From Candidatus Woesebacteria bacterium (GTDB taxonomy: Bacteria > Patescibacteriota > Microgenomatia > UBA8517), in assembly GCA_013426185.1 (NCBI GenBank), contig CP058602.1, forward strand, positions 628,549 through 692,548: a DNA stretch of 64,000 nt. The letters run 5' to 3'. Position numbers and translations under genes: made by a program. Under the pieces are notes generated by a model, which was not told where the DNA came from, did not search any database, and was given only the letters and a program-made list of their open reading frames with translations. Positions 8,710 to 19,336 of this stretch are shown here, in pieces (positions within the stretch are counted from its first letter, which is position 1; each line of letters opens with the position of its first letter).

Positions 8710-11679
8710 TTACCAATAAAAGCGACTTACAAAATCTTCGCTTAAGTTCTGCACATTATAAGTGAAACTCCCCCTCTTAGTCAAATGGAAAAGACGATCT
8801 GTGCCAACCACAAAATTAGAGGGAAAATTAACCTCAAATGAAAACGAAAAACTATCTATACCTGCTTGCTTACGCAAATAGAATCTATATTCGCCATTTT
8901 TTGACAGATCAACGGCTTTGCCACCGCTCCACTCAAAAACAACTTTTTTGCTTTCTAATGGCCCTAATTCCAAAAGAAAACCCACTTCCTTTCTTCCACC
9001 CACGAATTCTTCTTTAAAATCAACAGTATCTAAATTGTTCTGATCTCCAAGTGCCACCTTATTAACCTCAACACCAATTGGTAAAAGGAGTCTTACATAA
9101 GCTTTATATTTACCCTTGTCCCCCATAAAAGTCTGGGCTTTGTTGGTAAAACTAATCTCAAGACTTCGCTTTATTGTCTCTTGATTAACATCAACATTGA
9201 GCTTCAGATCACGATCAATAAAATAGTTAGCTTTATTAACTCCCAAATTTGCTTCTATCAAAGAAGCCCAATCAGAAAGACAATTCTCGAGAGAACAGAC
9301 GGGTTCTCTTATCGCCCCGCCCCACCCAAGATTATCTATTTTCTCCTGAAGGCGAGCTTCATGAAGAAAGACTTGAATATGCCGCTTGTTTAAGTTTTGA
9401 TAAGAAGTTTCTAAAATTTGAACCATTTGCCTTTTATCAGCAGACTTAAAATCATTAAAAATAGTTCTTGAAAGAGCTAGAAGAAAATTACCCTTCTGTT
9501 TTGAACCTGGAAAGAAATTTTTTTCAGCTTCATATTGTACAACTTCATAGAAATTTTTAGGATCTATTCTCTTATCAAAATCAGCTACATAAACTGACTC
9601 AAAAGCACCAACCAAATCTCGAGCAAAATTCAAGTCAATTGCAACCACCCCATCAACCTGAATGTTCATAGATTTATCCAAAAACCATTCAGCTCTTTGA
9701 GCGGATTTAGAAAAATCAGGATCCCAATTTGAATCACGCAGATACCAAGCCGGTTGATTAAGATATTCTTTTAATTGCCAAGGTGGTTCAACATATCCTT
9801 TTAACTGTCCATCAGCGTCATAAACATCATAGACTTCAAATTTGGTCATAGCCCCCTTATTAAAACCAACGATGGCAAAGGAACCAATAAAACCACCTGT
9901 AGGTCTTAGCTCCATATTATTCTGAAGAAGAAGCAAATAAATCTTCTCTCTATCTTCTCCCAAAACTTTACCAATAAGAGAAAAAGCAACTTTTGCTGCT
10001 TGGATTTCTTCCCTGCGATGCGGCAGGTCAATCTTATCAATATATGGCGAAAGATAAGTAAAAGGCCAACTGTCTTTAATATCCCTTAACTGCGCTTCTA
10101 AAAATGATGCCTTTTGATAGATAGAATCAAAAGTCAAAGTTAAATCCTGGGAATAACTATTCAAAGGAATTTCTTGTCCATTAAAAGATTTTTCAACCAG
10201 AGATAGTGTTTTTTGAGTACCGTCGATTGCAAGCAGTGCTATTTCAGAAGTTTGTGAAGAAATATTTGCCAGTTTTGCAGGAACTACAAACAATCTCCCA
10301 ATAAAAGGCGTGTCAGAATAAAAATAGAATTGAGACAAAGAAAAATCAGCCAGTTTCCTTTCAAAAGAAAAAGCGTATTTAGCATAAGAAAAAGAACCAT
10401 TCTTTAAAAGTCTTTGGCCAAAATAAACAGACGCCATACTCAAAAAAAGTGATATTGTAGGAACCAAAAGCAAAGTTAAGATTGCTGAAAGAGAAAAAAT
10501 TATATATTTTTGCATGAAGGAAAGATTAAACTCTTTCTTTTTAAAAAGTGGCGCCTTATCTGGCAATTTTAATTTAGATAAAGCCCTGTTCTCTATTTTC
10601 TCGGAAAGAATCTCTTTTATTTTCTCACCCAATCTTGTTTTTCTTTGACTAAAAAATGTTCTTATTTTTCCAAAATTCAGGATAGGAAAATGAAAATCTA
10701 AAAATTTTCTCGGCCTAAAATTTTTAAATATCTTCAAACTAACCACGTCTTTCTTTTTATCTAAAACTTGATTCTTTAAATAGACAGAAGAATCTCCACT
10801 AAGATAAAGTTCCTCAAGATAAAAAATATCTTTATTATTCTTAAACCAATTAATTGTTTGTTTCAAAAATTTAAAATCGACAGTCTCATCAATCAATATT
10901 TCCTTATCAAAAACGCCGTTGACTTTTTTTAACCCCTTTGAAGAAAAAGAGTATTCAAAATTTTGAAATTCATTTTGCACTTCACCTATCCACTCTTTCA
11001 AGGCCATAGGCCGACCTGAAACAACAATTCGAAAATAATTTAAATCATTAGAAGACAAAAGAGAAACAATCTTACGAGAAACACTACCCGCCCTTGATGG
11101 CCTGACTTCGCAAGAAGGCGCAATGGGTATCTCTAAAGTTTTACTTTCAACCAAACTTTTTAGAATCATTAGCAGTTCATCCCTTTTGTTTAAAATTATT
11201 CTCGGTCCAATAAGATTACCCAAGTAAATTACTAAATTTTCAAAAGAAGAACCTTGTTTGATATTTTGCTCATAGACGCGAGTCAGACTCTTCCCTAGAC
11301 TATCAAAAACAAAATAAGGCAAAAGAAAAAATCTTTTTTCTTTTACTTTAATAGAAGAAAGTAGACTTTTAATTCTTAAATCTTCTTTTAAAATAACGTC
11401 TTTTTCTTTTTCTTGATAAAGGTTGTCAAAAAAGGCAGAAACAAAAATTGAATAATCAAAAACTTCATCCCTTTTCTCAAGATAATCAAAAGATAAAAAA
11501 CGACTGTTTTTTAAATATGGAGCATTGTTAAACCACAATTCCCTTTTAACGCAAAACACTGTTACACGAAAGAAATTAGCCAGCAATTTCTCGACTAAAG
11601 AAATAGATAAACCATTGTATTCTGAAACGAGCGCCACCCTTTTTTTATCTATCTTTCCAGCCTCAAAATCTTTTTCCAT
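8710..11679 (-). CDS. DUF4012 domain membrane protein
   Basis: LLQNNMELRPTGGFIGS, LRDSNWDPDF, NLGVNKAN, KQAG motifs. Confidence 0.8.
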   Translation of the reverse strand: MEKDFEAGKIDKKRVALVSEYNGLSISLVEKLLANFFRVTVFCVKRELWFNNAPYLKNSRFLSFDYLEKRDEVFDYSIFVSAFFDNLYQEKEKDVILKEDLRIKSLLSSIKVKEKRFFLLPYFVFDSLGKSLTRVYEQNIKQGSSFENLVIYLGNLIGPRIILNKRDELLMILKSLVESKTLEIPIAPSCEVRPSRAGSVSRKIVSLLSSNDLNYFRIVVSGRPMALKEWIGEVQNEFQNFEYSFSSKGLKKVNGVFDKEILIDETVDFKFLKQTINWFKNNKDIFYLEELYLSGDSSVYLKNQVLDKKKDVVSLKIFKNFRPRKFLDFHFPILNFGKIRTFFSQRKTRLGEKIKEILSEKIENRALSKLKLPDKAPLFKKKEFNLSFMQKYIIFSLSAILTLLLVPTISLFLSMASVYFGQRLLKNGSFSYAKYAFSFERKLADFSLSQFYFYSDTPFIGRLFVVPAKLANISSQTSEIALLAIDGTQKTLSLVEKSFNGQEIPLNSYSQDLTLTFDSIYQKASFLEAQLRDIKDSWPFTYLSPYIDKIDLPHRREEIQAAKVAFSLIGKVLGEDREKIYLLLLQNNMELRPTGGFIGSFAIVGFNKGAMTKFEVYDVYDADGQLKGYVEPPWQLKEYLNQPAWYLRDSNWDPDFSKSAQRAEWFLDKSMNIQVDGVVAIDLNFARDLVGAFESVYVADFDKRIDPKNFYEVVQYEAEKNFFPGSKQKGNFLLALSRTIFNDFKSADKRQMVQILETSYQNLNKRHIQVFLHEARLQEKIDNLGWGGAIREPVCSLENCLSDWASLIEANLGVNKANYFIDRDLKLNVDVNQETIKRSLEISFTNKAQTFMGDKGKYKAYVRLLLPIGVEVNKVALGDQNNLDTVDFKEEFVGGRKEVGFLLELGPLESKKVVFEWSGGKAVDLSKNGEYRFYLRKQAGIDSFSFSFEVNFPSNFVVGTDRLFHLTKRGSFTYNVQNLSEDFVSRFYW

Positions 11680-11778
11680 AAAAATAAAAAAATAAAAATC
11701 AATTTATAAATATCATTTAATTCATTAAAGCATTTTTATCAAACTCTAGAAAAATTTTTTTGGTTGCTGCTAAGAAAA

Positions 11779-12222
11779 TTAATTTTCAGGTGATAGAGTA
11801 GTCGGACGTGAAACTCTGTCAAGTTTTTCATTGACAAGTTTGTCCGCCAAAAAATTTTTTTCTCTAAAAATATGAGTGTAGGAAATAGGAAAATAAAAAT
11901 TTTTCTCAAGATTTTTAATACGATCAAAAAATTCTTTCAACTTTAAATTTTTAACTTTATAAATTCTATTCAATTGTCTTACAACTAGTTCCGAGTCCAT
12001 TTCAAAAAAGATATTGCTTTTGGTAAAGTTGTTCTCTATCAACCATTCAAGAGCTTTTAAAACAGCTGTATATTCTGCTACATTATTAGTAGTATTGCCC
12101 AAAAAAAATGCTTCCTTAAAAACAACCTCTCCGTTTCTTTTAACAACAAACGCACAAGCTGCAGGACCTGGGTTTCCTCTTGCCCCTCCATCTGTATTAA
12201 TGATGATTTTTTCCTTTTCCAT
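11779..12222 (-). CDS. rnhA: Ribonuclease HI family protein
   Basis: TDGGARGNPGPA, TNNVAEY, DSELVV, REKNFLADKL. Confidence 0.9.
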   Translation of the reverse strand: MEKEKIIINTDGGARGNPGPAACAFVVKRNGEVVFKEAFFLGNTTNNVAEYTAVLKALEWLIENNFTKSNIFFEMDSELVVRQLNRIYKVKNLKLKEFFDRIKNLEKNFYFPISYTHIFREKNFLADKLVNEKLDRVSRPTTLSPEN

Positions 12223-13525
12223 TTTTCTCTTGAAAGATTCCGCTAACTAAAAAAACTAGTGCTAACCTATTTTGAGTCAAAGTCAGCCAGTAATGATCTG
12301 CCACTCCACTAATAATAACAAAGGTTAAAGCCAAAAAAAACCAAGGTTTAAGAATTAAGCTTGCAACATGCGCTATCTTAAGCAGGGTTAAATAAAAAAA
12401 GAGAAAACCAAAAAACCCAAGTTCTGACAAAACTAACAGATAGATATTATGGACTGGCTGCAATCGATAATTAATTGCTTTAATGTCAAAAGTATAGCTT
12501 GTCTTAAGAATAAAGTTGTTTAACCCTACGCCAAAGGCTGGATGTTTTATAAACACATCTTTTGTAGAGGTAATCAAAGAAAACCTTTCTCTGATGTTTT
12601 TGTCTAAAAAAGGAATCTCTTTCCAATAATCAGAAATAAAAAGACTAAAAAGAGAAATTAAAAAAACTAGAGTAACAAGCCAAAAACAAAACTCTCTTAA
12701 CTTTTTTCTTTTACTTAACCAGAAAACAAACAGACAAAATAAGAGAGCAAAAAAGGAACCTCGAGAAAAAGACAATAAAAAGACAAAAAAACTAAAAGAC
12801 AAAACACTCCTCTTTAAAAAAACCTCAAAAGAACTGTTAGGAATAAAACTTAAAAATAAAATTAGAAAAAGGCCAAAGAAACCCGCCAAAGAATTGGGGT
12901 GAGAAAATGTGGAATAAGGCCTTAAAAAATCTCTCCCCATTAAAGAAACAAGTGCTATTCCTGGTGTATTCTTGTTAAAACTCCTCTCGCCCAACCAGTA
13001 AAACAAAGATCCAAAAGTTGACCCTTTAATAAATTGAAAAAGAGCCAAAAAACCAAAAAGGATTAAAGAAAAAGAAGCTGGCTTAAAAAACCAATCAGAA
13101 AATCTTCTTTTTTGATAAAAAGTTAAATAATAAAAAAGCCAAAGCAAAAGAAAAATTTTAGACCACAAAAAAAGAGTATTAATTTTATAATCTGAAAAAA
13201 AGAGGTTTACCAAAAACAAAGATATTAAACCAAAAAACCAAAAATTAGAAATTAAAAGAAATATCTTTTTCAATTCTTTCTTATCAAAAAGCAAGATTTT
13301 AAAAAACCAAGACAAAAAAAGAGCAAGGATTAAAACTTCACTTAAAGAAATAGACAAAGAAAGATAATCCACCCGAATTCCAAAAACCAAAGACCATGAA
13401 GGCCAAAAATGTTTAATTAACTGGCTTGGAGACAAAAAAACTAAAAACCAAAGGATAATCCTCTCTAACTGATTTAAAAAATCCTCACTTCTTTTCTTCA
13501 AAAGATTTTCCTTTATAAGAAGCAT
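12197..13525 (-). CDS. O-antigen ligase family membrane protein
   Basis: RPYSTFSHPNSLAG, SFSRG, GVGLNNF, PVHNIYL...ELG. Confidence 0.8.
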   Translation of the reverse strand: MLLIKENLLKKRSEDFLNQLERIILWFLVFLSPSQLIKHFWPSWSLVFGIRVDYLSLSISLSEVLILALFLSWFFKILLFDKKELKKIFLLISNFWFFGLISLFLVNLFFSDYKINTLFLWSKIFLLLWLFYYLTFYQKRRFSDWFFKPASFSLILFGFLALFQFIKGSTFGSLFYWLGERSFNKNTPGIALVSLMGRDFLRPYSTFSHPNSLAGFFGLFLILFLSFIPNSSFEVFLKRSVLSFSFFVFLLSFSRGSFFALLFCLFVFWLSKRKKLREFCFWLVTLVFLISLFSLFISDYWKEIPFLDKNIRERFSLITSTKDVFIKHPAFGVGLNNFILKTSYTFDIKAINYRLQPVHNIYLLVLSELGFFGFLFFYLTLLKIAHVASLILKPWFFLALTFVIISGVADHYWLTLTQNRLALVFLVSGIFQEKNGKGKNHH

Positions 13526-13988
13526 CAGGAGTGATTACCAAACAACGTTCTTTACCTTCACCTACAGACTCGCTTTTTACACCTTGAATATTACCAATAG
13601 TCAGATGAATAATTTTCCTCTGATCAGCTGAAAGATTATAAAGGTACTGAGGAGCACCCGTTTCTTTTGCCTTCTTGGCTGTTTTCTCTGCTAGGTCCTT
13701 TAAATATTCCTCTTGTCTTTCAAGCCAATCCCCCACATTAACTTTAACTTGATGCCACTCCCCTGTTTTTTGTTTTAAAGAAAGCTGTAAAAAAGTCTTG
13801 ATGGCATTAATATTTTCACCCTGCCTACCAATAAGAAGCCCCGCTTCACTTTCAGTTTTTAAATCGACTAAATAGAAATCCTCTTCCTGATTCACTCTAA
13901 ACTCAATAGTTAAACCAAGAAGAGAAAAGAGATTTTTAACTAAATCTTCAAGAATTGTTTTTGGATCACTTTTTTCCTGACTTGTCAT
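13485..13988 (-). CDS. jag: Jag/EloR-like KH + R3H RNA-binding protein
   Basis: GLLIGRQGENI (KH), RKIIH (R3H), SESVGEG; lies downstream of yidC. Confidence 0.85.
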   Translation of the reverse strand: MTSQEKSDPKTILEDLVKNLFSLLGLTIEFRVNQEEDFYLVDLKTESEAGLLIGRQGENINAIKTFLQLSLKQKTGEWHQVKVNVGDWLERQEEYLKDLAEKTAKKAKETGAPQYLYNLSADQRKIIHLTIGNIQGVKSESVGEGKERCLVITPDASYKGKSFEEKK

Positions 13989-14790
13989 TAGAAGTTGATT
14001 TTAGCAAAGAAAAACGAGAAAGCAAAGAGCCAATCTTGGAGGAGTCATATTGTTGATAAAATTGAATTAAAGAAAAAACCACCCAATAAAGAGCAAGACC
14101 TGAAGGAAATTTCATTCCAAAAAAGAGAGTCATCAAAGGAAAAGTATAAAGCATTGACTGTTGTATTGATGCCTGCAAGTCATCTGAAACTTCTTTTGTC
14201 TTTTTTGCTTTCCTCTTATAAACTTCAGTTGAACTCATCATTAACTTTGAGGACCAAAACTGAACCAAAGCTGCCAAAATAACCACTGGGCCAGGAATAG
14301 GAAAGGGAACGCTGTTTAATTTAAAAACATCGGGTTCTGTGACATCAAGATAAAGAAATTTAGTGTTAACAACTTCCTCTTGAGAAAACTTTAAAGGGGG
14401 GTAAAGAAGGTCATTAAATTTTTGAGTCAAATTCTCGCTTGAATAAATAGTCCTTGTAAAAACATTAAAAAAGGCAATAAAAATTACTATTTGTAGAAGA
14501 TAAGGTAAGCATCCTGCGCCCGGATTTATCTTGTTCTGGCGATAAAGTTCAGCTTGAGCCTGAGCTAGTTTAACCTTATCATCTTTAAATTTAGCTTTAA
14601 TCTTCTCAAGCTGCGGCGCTATCTTTTTCATCTTTTTCATTGACTCAAGATAGGGTTTGGTTAGGGGGTTTAAAACAAATCTTAAAAAGACGCTAAAAAC
14701 AATAATTGCCAAGCCTAAATTATTTCCAAGCAGACGGTAAAATAAAATAAGTCCATTGGCAAGTGGTTGAACAAAAATGGTGGTAAACAT
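13966..14790 (-). CDS. yidC: Membrane protein insertase YidC
   Basis: INPGAGCLPYLLQ, FPSGLALYW; conserved synteny. Confidence 0.92.
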   Translation of the reverse strand: MFTTIFVQPLANGLILFYRLLGNNLGLAIIVFSVFLRFVLNPLTKPYLESMKKMKKIAPQLEKIKAKFKDDKVKLAQAQAELYRQNKINPGAGCLPYLLQIVIFIAFFNVFTRTIYSSENLTQKFNDLLYPPLKFSQEEVVNTKFLYLDVTEPDVFKLNSVPFPIPGPVVILAALVQFWSSKLMMSSTEVYKRKAKKTKEVSDDLQASIQQSMLYTFPLMTLFFGMKFPSGLALYWVVFSLIQFYQQYDSSKIGSLLSRFSLLKSTSNDKSGKK

Positions 14791-14791
14791 T

Positions 14792-15016
14792 TTACTTTAA
14801 TAAATCAAGATAAGGCTTTTTAGAAAAAGGATGACAACTCAAAAATCTCTTTAGAGAAAGGTAAAAACCTTTAAAAGTTCCATATTTTTGAAAAGCGGCA
14901 ATTGAATAATCACTACAAGTTGGATAAAAGCGACAACCACCACCAAAAAGACGAACTAACAAAGGCGAGACAAATATCTGATATGCTCTAATTATTTTAA
15001 TAAAAAATTTTTTCAT
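14792..15016 (-). CDS. yidD: Membrane protein insertion efficiency factor
   Basis: [18 protein letters not shown]. Confidence 0.92.
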   Translation of the reverse strand: MKKFFIKIIRAYQIFVSPLLVRLFGGGCRFYPTCSDYSIAAFQKYGTFKGFYLSLKRFLSCHPFSKKPYLDLLK

Positions 15017-15357
15017 TTCAAAAGACCCTTCGTTTTTAAGTTTTCCTTTACTTCTAGAAAAAGAGTGTCTTTGCTACAAGAAAGGCAATTTTTATAGGCA
15101 ATAAAAAGGATATCATATCCTGGCTTAAATTCGGAGATTAAAATCCTTATTGAATCTCTTAACAACCTCTTAATTCTGTTTCTATCAACCGCTCTTTTGG
15201 AAACCCTGGTAGAAACTATAAAACCAAAGCGTGAGGGTTTGTTGTCTTTCCTAAAAAAATAAATAATCAAGAAAAAGGGTGTTCTTAAAAGAATTCCTTT
15301 TTCTTTTACAAGATTAAAATCCTCCTTGGTAACAAGCCTATTTTCCCTCGGCAACAT
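15013..15357 (-). CDS. rnpA: Ribonuclease P protein component
   Basis: [25 protein letters not shown]. Confidence 0.92.
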   Translation of the reverse strand: MLPRENRLVTKEDFNLVKEKGILLRTPFFLIIYFFRKDNKPSRFGFIVSTRVSKRAVDRNRIKRLLRDSIRILISEFKPGYDILFIAYKNCLSCSKDTLFLEVKENLKTKGLLK

Positions 15358-15358
15358 A

Positions 15359-15499
15359 CTAGGGAATTAGTTTTTTCCTTCCTTTCAAAGATCTTCTTTT
15401 CAAGACTAGTCGCCCCTTCTTTGATTTTGTTCTTGATCTAAAACCAAACTTTTTTACTCTCTTTTTCTTGTGTGGAAAAAAAGTTCTTTTTGTTGACAT
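15359..15499 (-). CDS. rpmH: 50S ribosomal protein L34 (46 aa, absent from the ORF track)
   Basis: Hand translation [46 protein letters not shown]; rpmH-rnpA synteny. Confidence 0.9.
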   Translation of the reverse strand: MSTKRTFFPHKKKRVKKFGFRSRTKSKKGRLVLKRRSLKGRKKLIP

Positions 15500-15556
15500 A
15501 TCAAGATTATATCACAAAGTTTTTTAGATTGTGCAAGAAATTGGGGGTTGACTAAT

Positions 15557-15565
15557 TGTGGATAA
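15557..15565 (-). promoter_or_regulatory. Perfect DnaA box upstream of dnaA
   Basis: TGTGGATAA, reverse complement of TTATCCACA. Confidence 0.8.
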
Positions 15566-15607
15566 ATCGCTAAATAATCTTAAGTAAACCCCTGCCTCCT
15601 CTAAATC

Positions 15608-17002
15608 ATGATAAATGAAAGTCAAAAAGAACAAATCTGGCAAGATTGCCTCGGCGATATTAAAGTATCTGTTTCGCCAGCCATATTTTCTACCTGGTTT
15701 TCCCAAACGTATATAACCAAATTGAATCAGAAAGAGGATAGAGTTGTTGTAGAAATTGGTTGTCCATCCTCGTTTGTTAAAAATACTATTGAAAATAGAT
15801 ATTATGGATTAATTCAAGACACCCTAAATAAAATCATAGGACAAAAATGTGATGTTCTTTTTGAAATTAAAGCAAAAAAAGAAAACAAAAGTCAGGAAAT
15901 AGCTTTAACGCCATTATTTCAAGAAAAAAAAGAAAGGGAAGAAAAAAAGGATGAAACCTTCCTTGAGGAACTAAAAAAATCAAGACTTAGACCTTTTTAT
16001 ACTTTTGAAAATTTTGCTGTATCATCTTCTAACCAAATGGCTTGGGCTGCTTGCGAGGCAGTGGCAAAAAACATAGGCAGTGCTTACAATCCACTTTTTC
16101 TGTGGGGCGGAGTAGGTGTTGGAAAAACCCACTTGATGAATGCAGTTGGTTATTATGCTAAGAAAAACGACATTAATAAAAACGTTTATTTTTGCACAGG
16201 AGAAGACTTTACCAACGACATTGTTGAAGGAATAAGAAATAAAACCACGCAAAAATTTAGAAACAAGTATAGAAAGCTAGATATTCTTTTGATTGATGAT
16301 ATACAGTTTATCGCTGGTAAAGATGCTGTTCAGGAAGAATTCTTTCACACATTTAATGCTATTGTTGCAGCAGGAGGTCAAATTATTTTAACTTCTGATA
16401 AACCACCATCTGAAATATCAAAACTAGAGGAGAGGCTAAGAAGCCGTTTTGAAGCGGGTTTAATTGTAGATATTGCTCCGCCTGATTTTGAATTAAGGTG
16501 CGCTATCACCCAAATCAAAGCTAAAGAAAAAAACATCAATTTGGAAATGAATATAGTTCAAACAATAGCCGCCAATCTTGATTCGGCAAGAAAGATAGAA
16601 GGTTTTCTCATAAGGCTAAGAAGTGCCGTTGAAATTAATAAATATCCTGAAATTACAGAAGAAATAGTAGAAAATCTTTTGGGTAAAAGAGATCAAGAAA
16701 TTGAAAAGAGAAAAAAAGTAAGTAGTGAAGATGTAATTGAAGCAGTTTGCAAACAATACACTCTCAAGAAAAAACAAATACTTGGCGATTCGAGAGTTAA
16801 AAATTTTGCTTTACCACGACAGATTTTAATGTATCTGTTAAGAACAGAGCTTAATCTTCCACTTCAGGAGGTGGGTAGAATTATTGGAGGAAGAGATCAC
16901 ACGACTGTAATGCATGCTGTGGAAAAAATAACCAAGCTTGCCTCGGAAAGTGTGGATATCAGAGAGGATATAACGGGGATAAAAAAAACACTTTGGGGAT
17001 AA
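15608..17002 (+). CDS. dnaA: Chromosomal replication initiator DnaA
   Basis: YNPLFLWGGVGVGKTHL, LLIDDIQF, RLRSRF, GGRDHTTVMHA. Confidence 0.98.
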   Translation: MINESQKEQIWQDCLGDIKVSVSPAIFSTWFSQTYITKLNQKEDRVVVEIGCPSSFVKNTIENRYYGLIQDTLNKIIGQKCDVLFEIKAKKENKSQEIALTPLFQEKKEREEKKDETFLEELKKSRLRPFYTFENFAVSSSNQMAWAACEAVAKNIGSAYNPLFLWGGVGVGKTHLMNAVGYYAKKNDINKNVYFCTGEDFTNDIVEGIRNKTTQKFRNKYRKLDILLIDDIQFIAGKDAVQEEFFHTFNAIVAAGGQIILTSDKPPSEISKLEERLRSRFEAGLIVDIAPPDFELRCAITQIKAKEKNINLEMNIVQTIAANLDSARKIEGFLIRLRSAVEINKYPEITEEIVENLLGKRDQEIEKRKKVSSEDVIEAVCKQYTLKKKQILGDSRVKNFALPRQILMYLLRTELNLPLQEVGRIIGGRDHTTVMHAVEKITKLASESVDIREDITGIKKTLWG

Positions 17003-17204
17003 TTTAAAATTTTTTCCACTTATACACATTTTTAAAAGCTTTATCCACAAAAATATCCACAAAAAACAAGCTTTAAAATCAACAATCTAATCAGACTTAA
17101 ACAAACCCAACTTTCCACTTTTCAACAACCCCTACTACTATGACTACTTATAGAAAAAGAAAAAACACTGGTTTTTTCAAAAGCAATGTTTTATACTTCT
17201 TTTA
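17003..17204. promoter_or_regulatory. oriC: DnaA-box cluster plus DnaA-trio-like unwinding element
   Basis: TTATCCACA 17041-17049, TTATACACA 17020-17028, ATATCCACA 17053-17061; degenerate boxes near 17110-17128, then CCCC and CTACTACTATGACTACTT at 17132-17149. Confidence 0.85.
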
Positions 17205-18299
17205 ATGAAACTTCAGGTTGTGCAAGAAGACTTTAAGAAAGCTGTTATTATTGCTTCTCGCTTTTCGAGCGCAAGGCCACAAATTCCAGTTTTGTCTAAT
17301 TTACTACTTTCAACAAGTAATAATAATTTAACTATCTCTGCTACCAATTTGGAAATATCTATTAATTTTAAAATAGGAGCAAAGGTGGAAGAAAAAGGTG
17401 ATATTACAGTTCCTGCAAAGTCTTTGGCTGAGATAGTGAGTAATTTAAATCCGGGTGTAATTAAATTAAAATCAGAAAAGGAACAACTAACTCTTGAAGC
17501 TGAAAATTTTAAATCAAAACTTTTGGGAATAAATGCTTCTGAATTTCCCAAAGTTCCAAAAGAGATGACAGGTAGTATGATCGAGATTCCGTTTGGTTCT
17601 TTAGTCCAATCTTTGTCTAAAGTTGTCTTTGCCTCCTCATATGATGAAACAAGGCCTGTTTTGACGGGAATACTTTTAATGCTTGATGAAGGTAAATTAA
17701 GTTTGGTGGCAACTGATGGTTACCGACTTTCTGTTTCTCAAATAGAAGGAAAATATCAAAGCGATGTTAAGAAATTAATAGTTCCAAAATTTATTTTTAA
17801 CGAGATTCCAAGAATTGCAACAGGCGAGAATATAATTTTTTCTTTTGATACTAAAAACAGTCTGGTTCTTTTTAAAACTAAAGAGGCGATTTTATCATCT
17901 CGTGTTATTGAAGGTGTGTATCCTGATTTTCAAAAAATAATCCCCAAAAGTTTTAAAACAAAAGTTTTGATTGATAAAGATGATTTTTTGCGCTTGATTA
18001 AGCTTTCGTCTGTCTTTGCTCGAGATTCTGGTAATGTAATTAAAATTTCAATTAAAAATAATTTGTTGGATGTTTTTGCTGAAAGCCAATATTCTGGTTC
18101 ACAAAAAAGCTCGGCTGAAGCAAAAGTTGAGGGTGATGATGTAGAAATTGCTTTCAATTACAAATTTTTAGAAGATTTCTTGAATTCAGTATCAGGCGAG
18201 ACTGTTTCTCTTGAGTTGAATGACTCAAGTTCTCCTGTTGTTTTTAAAGATACTTCTGATAAAAATTATCTTCACTTAATAATGCCGGTTAAAATTTAA
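17205..18299 (+). CDS. dnaN: DNA polymerase III beta clamp
   Basis: ATNLEI, RPVLTGI, VATDGYRL, EGVYPDF, LIMPVK. Confidence 0.97.
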   Translation: MKLQVVQEDFKKAVIIASRFSSARPQIPVLSNLLLSTSNNNLTISATNLEISINFKIGAKVEEKGDITVPAKSLAEIVSNLNPGVIKLKSEKEQLTLEAENFKSKLLGINASEFPKVPKEMTGSMIEIPFGSLVQSLSKVVFASSYDETRPVLTGILLMLDEGKLSLVATDGYRLSVSQIEGKYQSDVKKLIVPKFIFNEIPRIATGENIIFSFDTKNSLVLFKTKEAILSSRVIEGVYPDFQKIIPKSFKTKVLIDKDDFLRLIKLSSVFARDSGNVIKISIKNNLLDVFAESQYSGSQKSSAEAKVEGDDVEIAFNYKFLEDFLNSVSGETVSLELNDSSSPVVFKDTSDKNYLHLIMPVKI

Positions 18300-19327
18300 A
18301 ATTGATTTTTTGAAGACGCGTCAAGGTAAAGTAGTGCTTTAACTTCTTTTGTATCTTTAGTCTTGGCCCATCCAGTTAATATAAAGACTGGTGGTAAAGT
18401 ATTGTTTCTTGAGTTATTTTCTAATAGGTATGCTAGTTCTATTTTTTCTACTCTGATTGATTGTATAAAGTCGTTTTCGATATCTGGTATGTTGATATTA
18501 CCTTCGTCTAGACTTATGAGAACCGACTGATTTATGTTTTCTAGAATTTCTTTGTAATCCTTAATTTTTACTTTACCGATGTTGCTAATACTTACGTCGT
18601 TTATTAGGTTAATTTCCGAGTTTAGAATGTTTCCATCCTTAAGCACTTGAACATAATATAAAAATTGTATGGGGGCGGGGTTAAGGATGATAATGTTGTT
18701 GATTTTTTGAGAAAAATTTACTTGGTATATTTGAAAATTATCTTCTTTTGCTTCGGTAAAGGTTTCTTTCTCTTTTTCTAGTTTTAACAAGGTTGTGCTT
18801 GTGTAATATATTTTGTCTTCAGGGATATTTATTTTTTCTTTTAAAAAGTTTTTGGCAATTGCAACGACATCTTCGTTTTTAAGTTGCTTGTTGGGAGCTG
18901 TTTTTATCTCTTCTTCAGGATTGTGATTAGGTGAATACTTAATTTTTCTGTTTTTAAGGTTTATTGTTAAATCATAATTATCACCGTTCCATATGAGTAT
19001 TTTTCCTTCCTCTATGTCGTCAAATTCTTTGGGGCTTTTCGTAAAACCAAGGCTGGAGGCAATTTTTTGGGCATCATCTTTTGAAAGAGGGTTTTGTTTT
19101 TTTACAAGGTATGGCACTTCTTTTGGAAAGGAAAAATCTTTTTCATTAATATTAAATGTTATAGTAAAGTTTGCTTTTTTGGAATCACTTGGATAACTGA
19201 TTTTAGGAGAAATATATTCTTTTTTTGTTTTTTCTTTGTTTTTTCCATTTAGTATAACAATAGCAAAAACAACAAGAGATATTACTAGTAATGCGAATAT
19301 AATAATTTTTGTTTTTTTTGTTTTCAT
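18296..19327 (-). CDS. Hypothetical membrane-anchored protein at the end of the T4SS-like cluster
   Basis: N-terminal TM, 343-aa ORF, co-oriented with the cluster. Confidence 0.65.
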   Translation of the reverse strand: MKTKKTKIIIFALLVISLVVFAIVILNGKNKEKTKKEYISPKISYPSDSKKANFTITFNINEKDFSFPKEVPYLVKKQNPLSKDDAQKIASSLGFTKSPKEFDDIEEGKILIWNGDNYDLTINLKNRKIKYSPNHNPEEEIKTAPNKQLKNEDVVAIAKNFLKEKINIPEDKIYYTSTTLLKLEKEKETFTEAKEDNFQIYQVNFSQKINNIIILNPAPIQFLYYVQVLKDGNILNSEINLINDVSISNIGKVKIKDYKEILENINQSVLISLDEGNINIPDIENDFIQSIRVEKIELAYLLENNSRNNTLPPVFILTGWAKTKDTKEVKALLYLDASSKNQF

Positions 19328-19336
19328 TTTTGGTCC

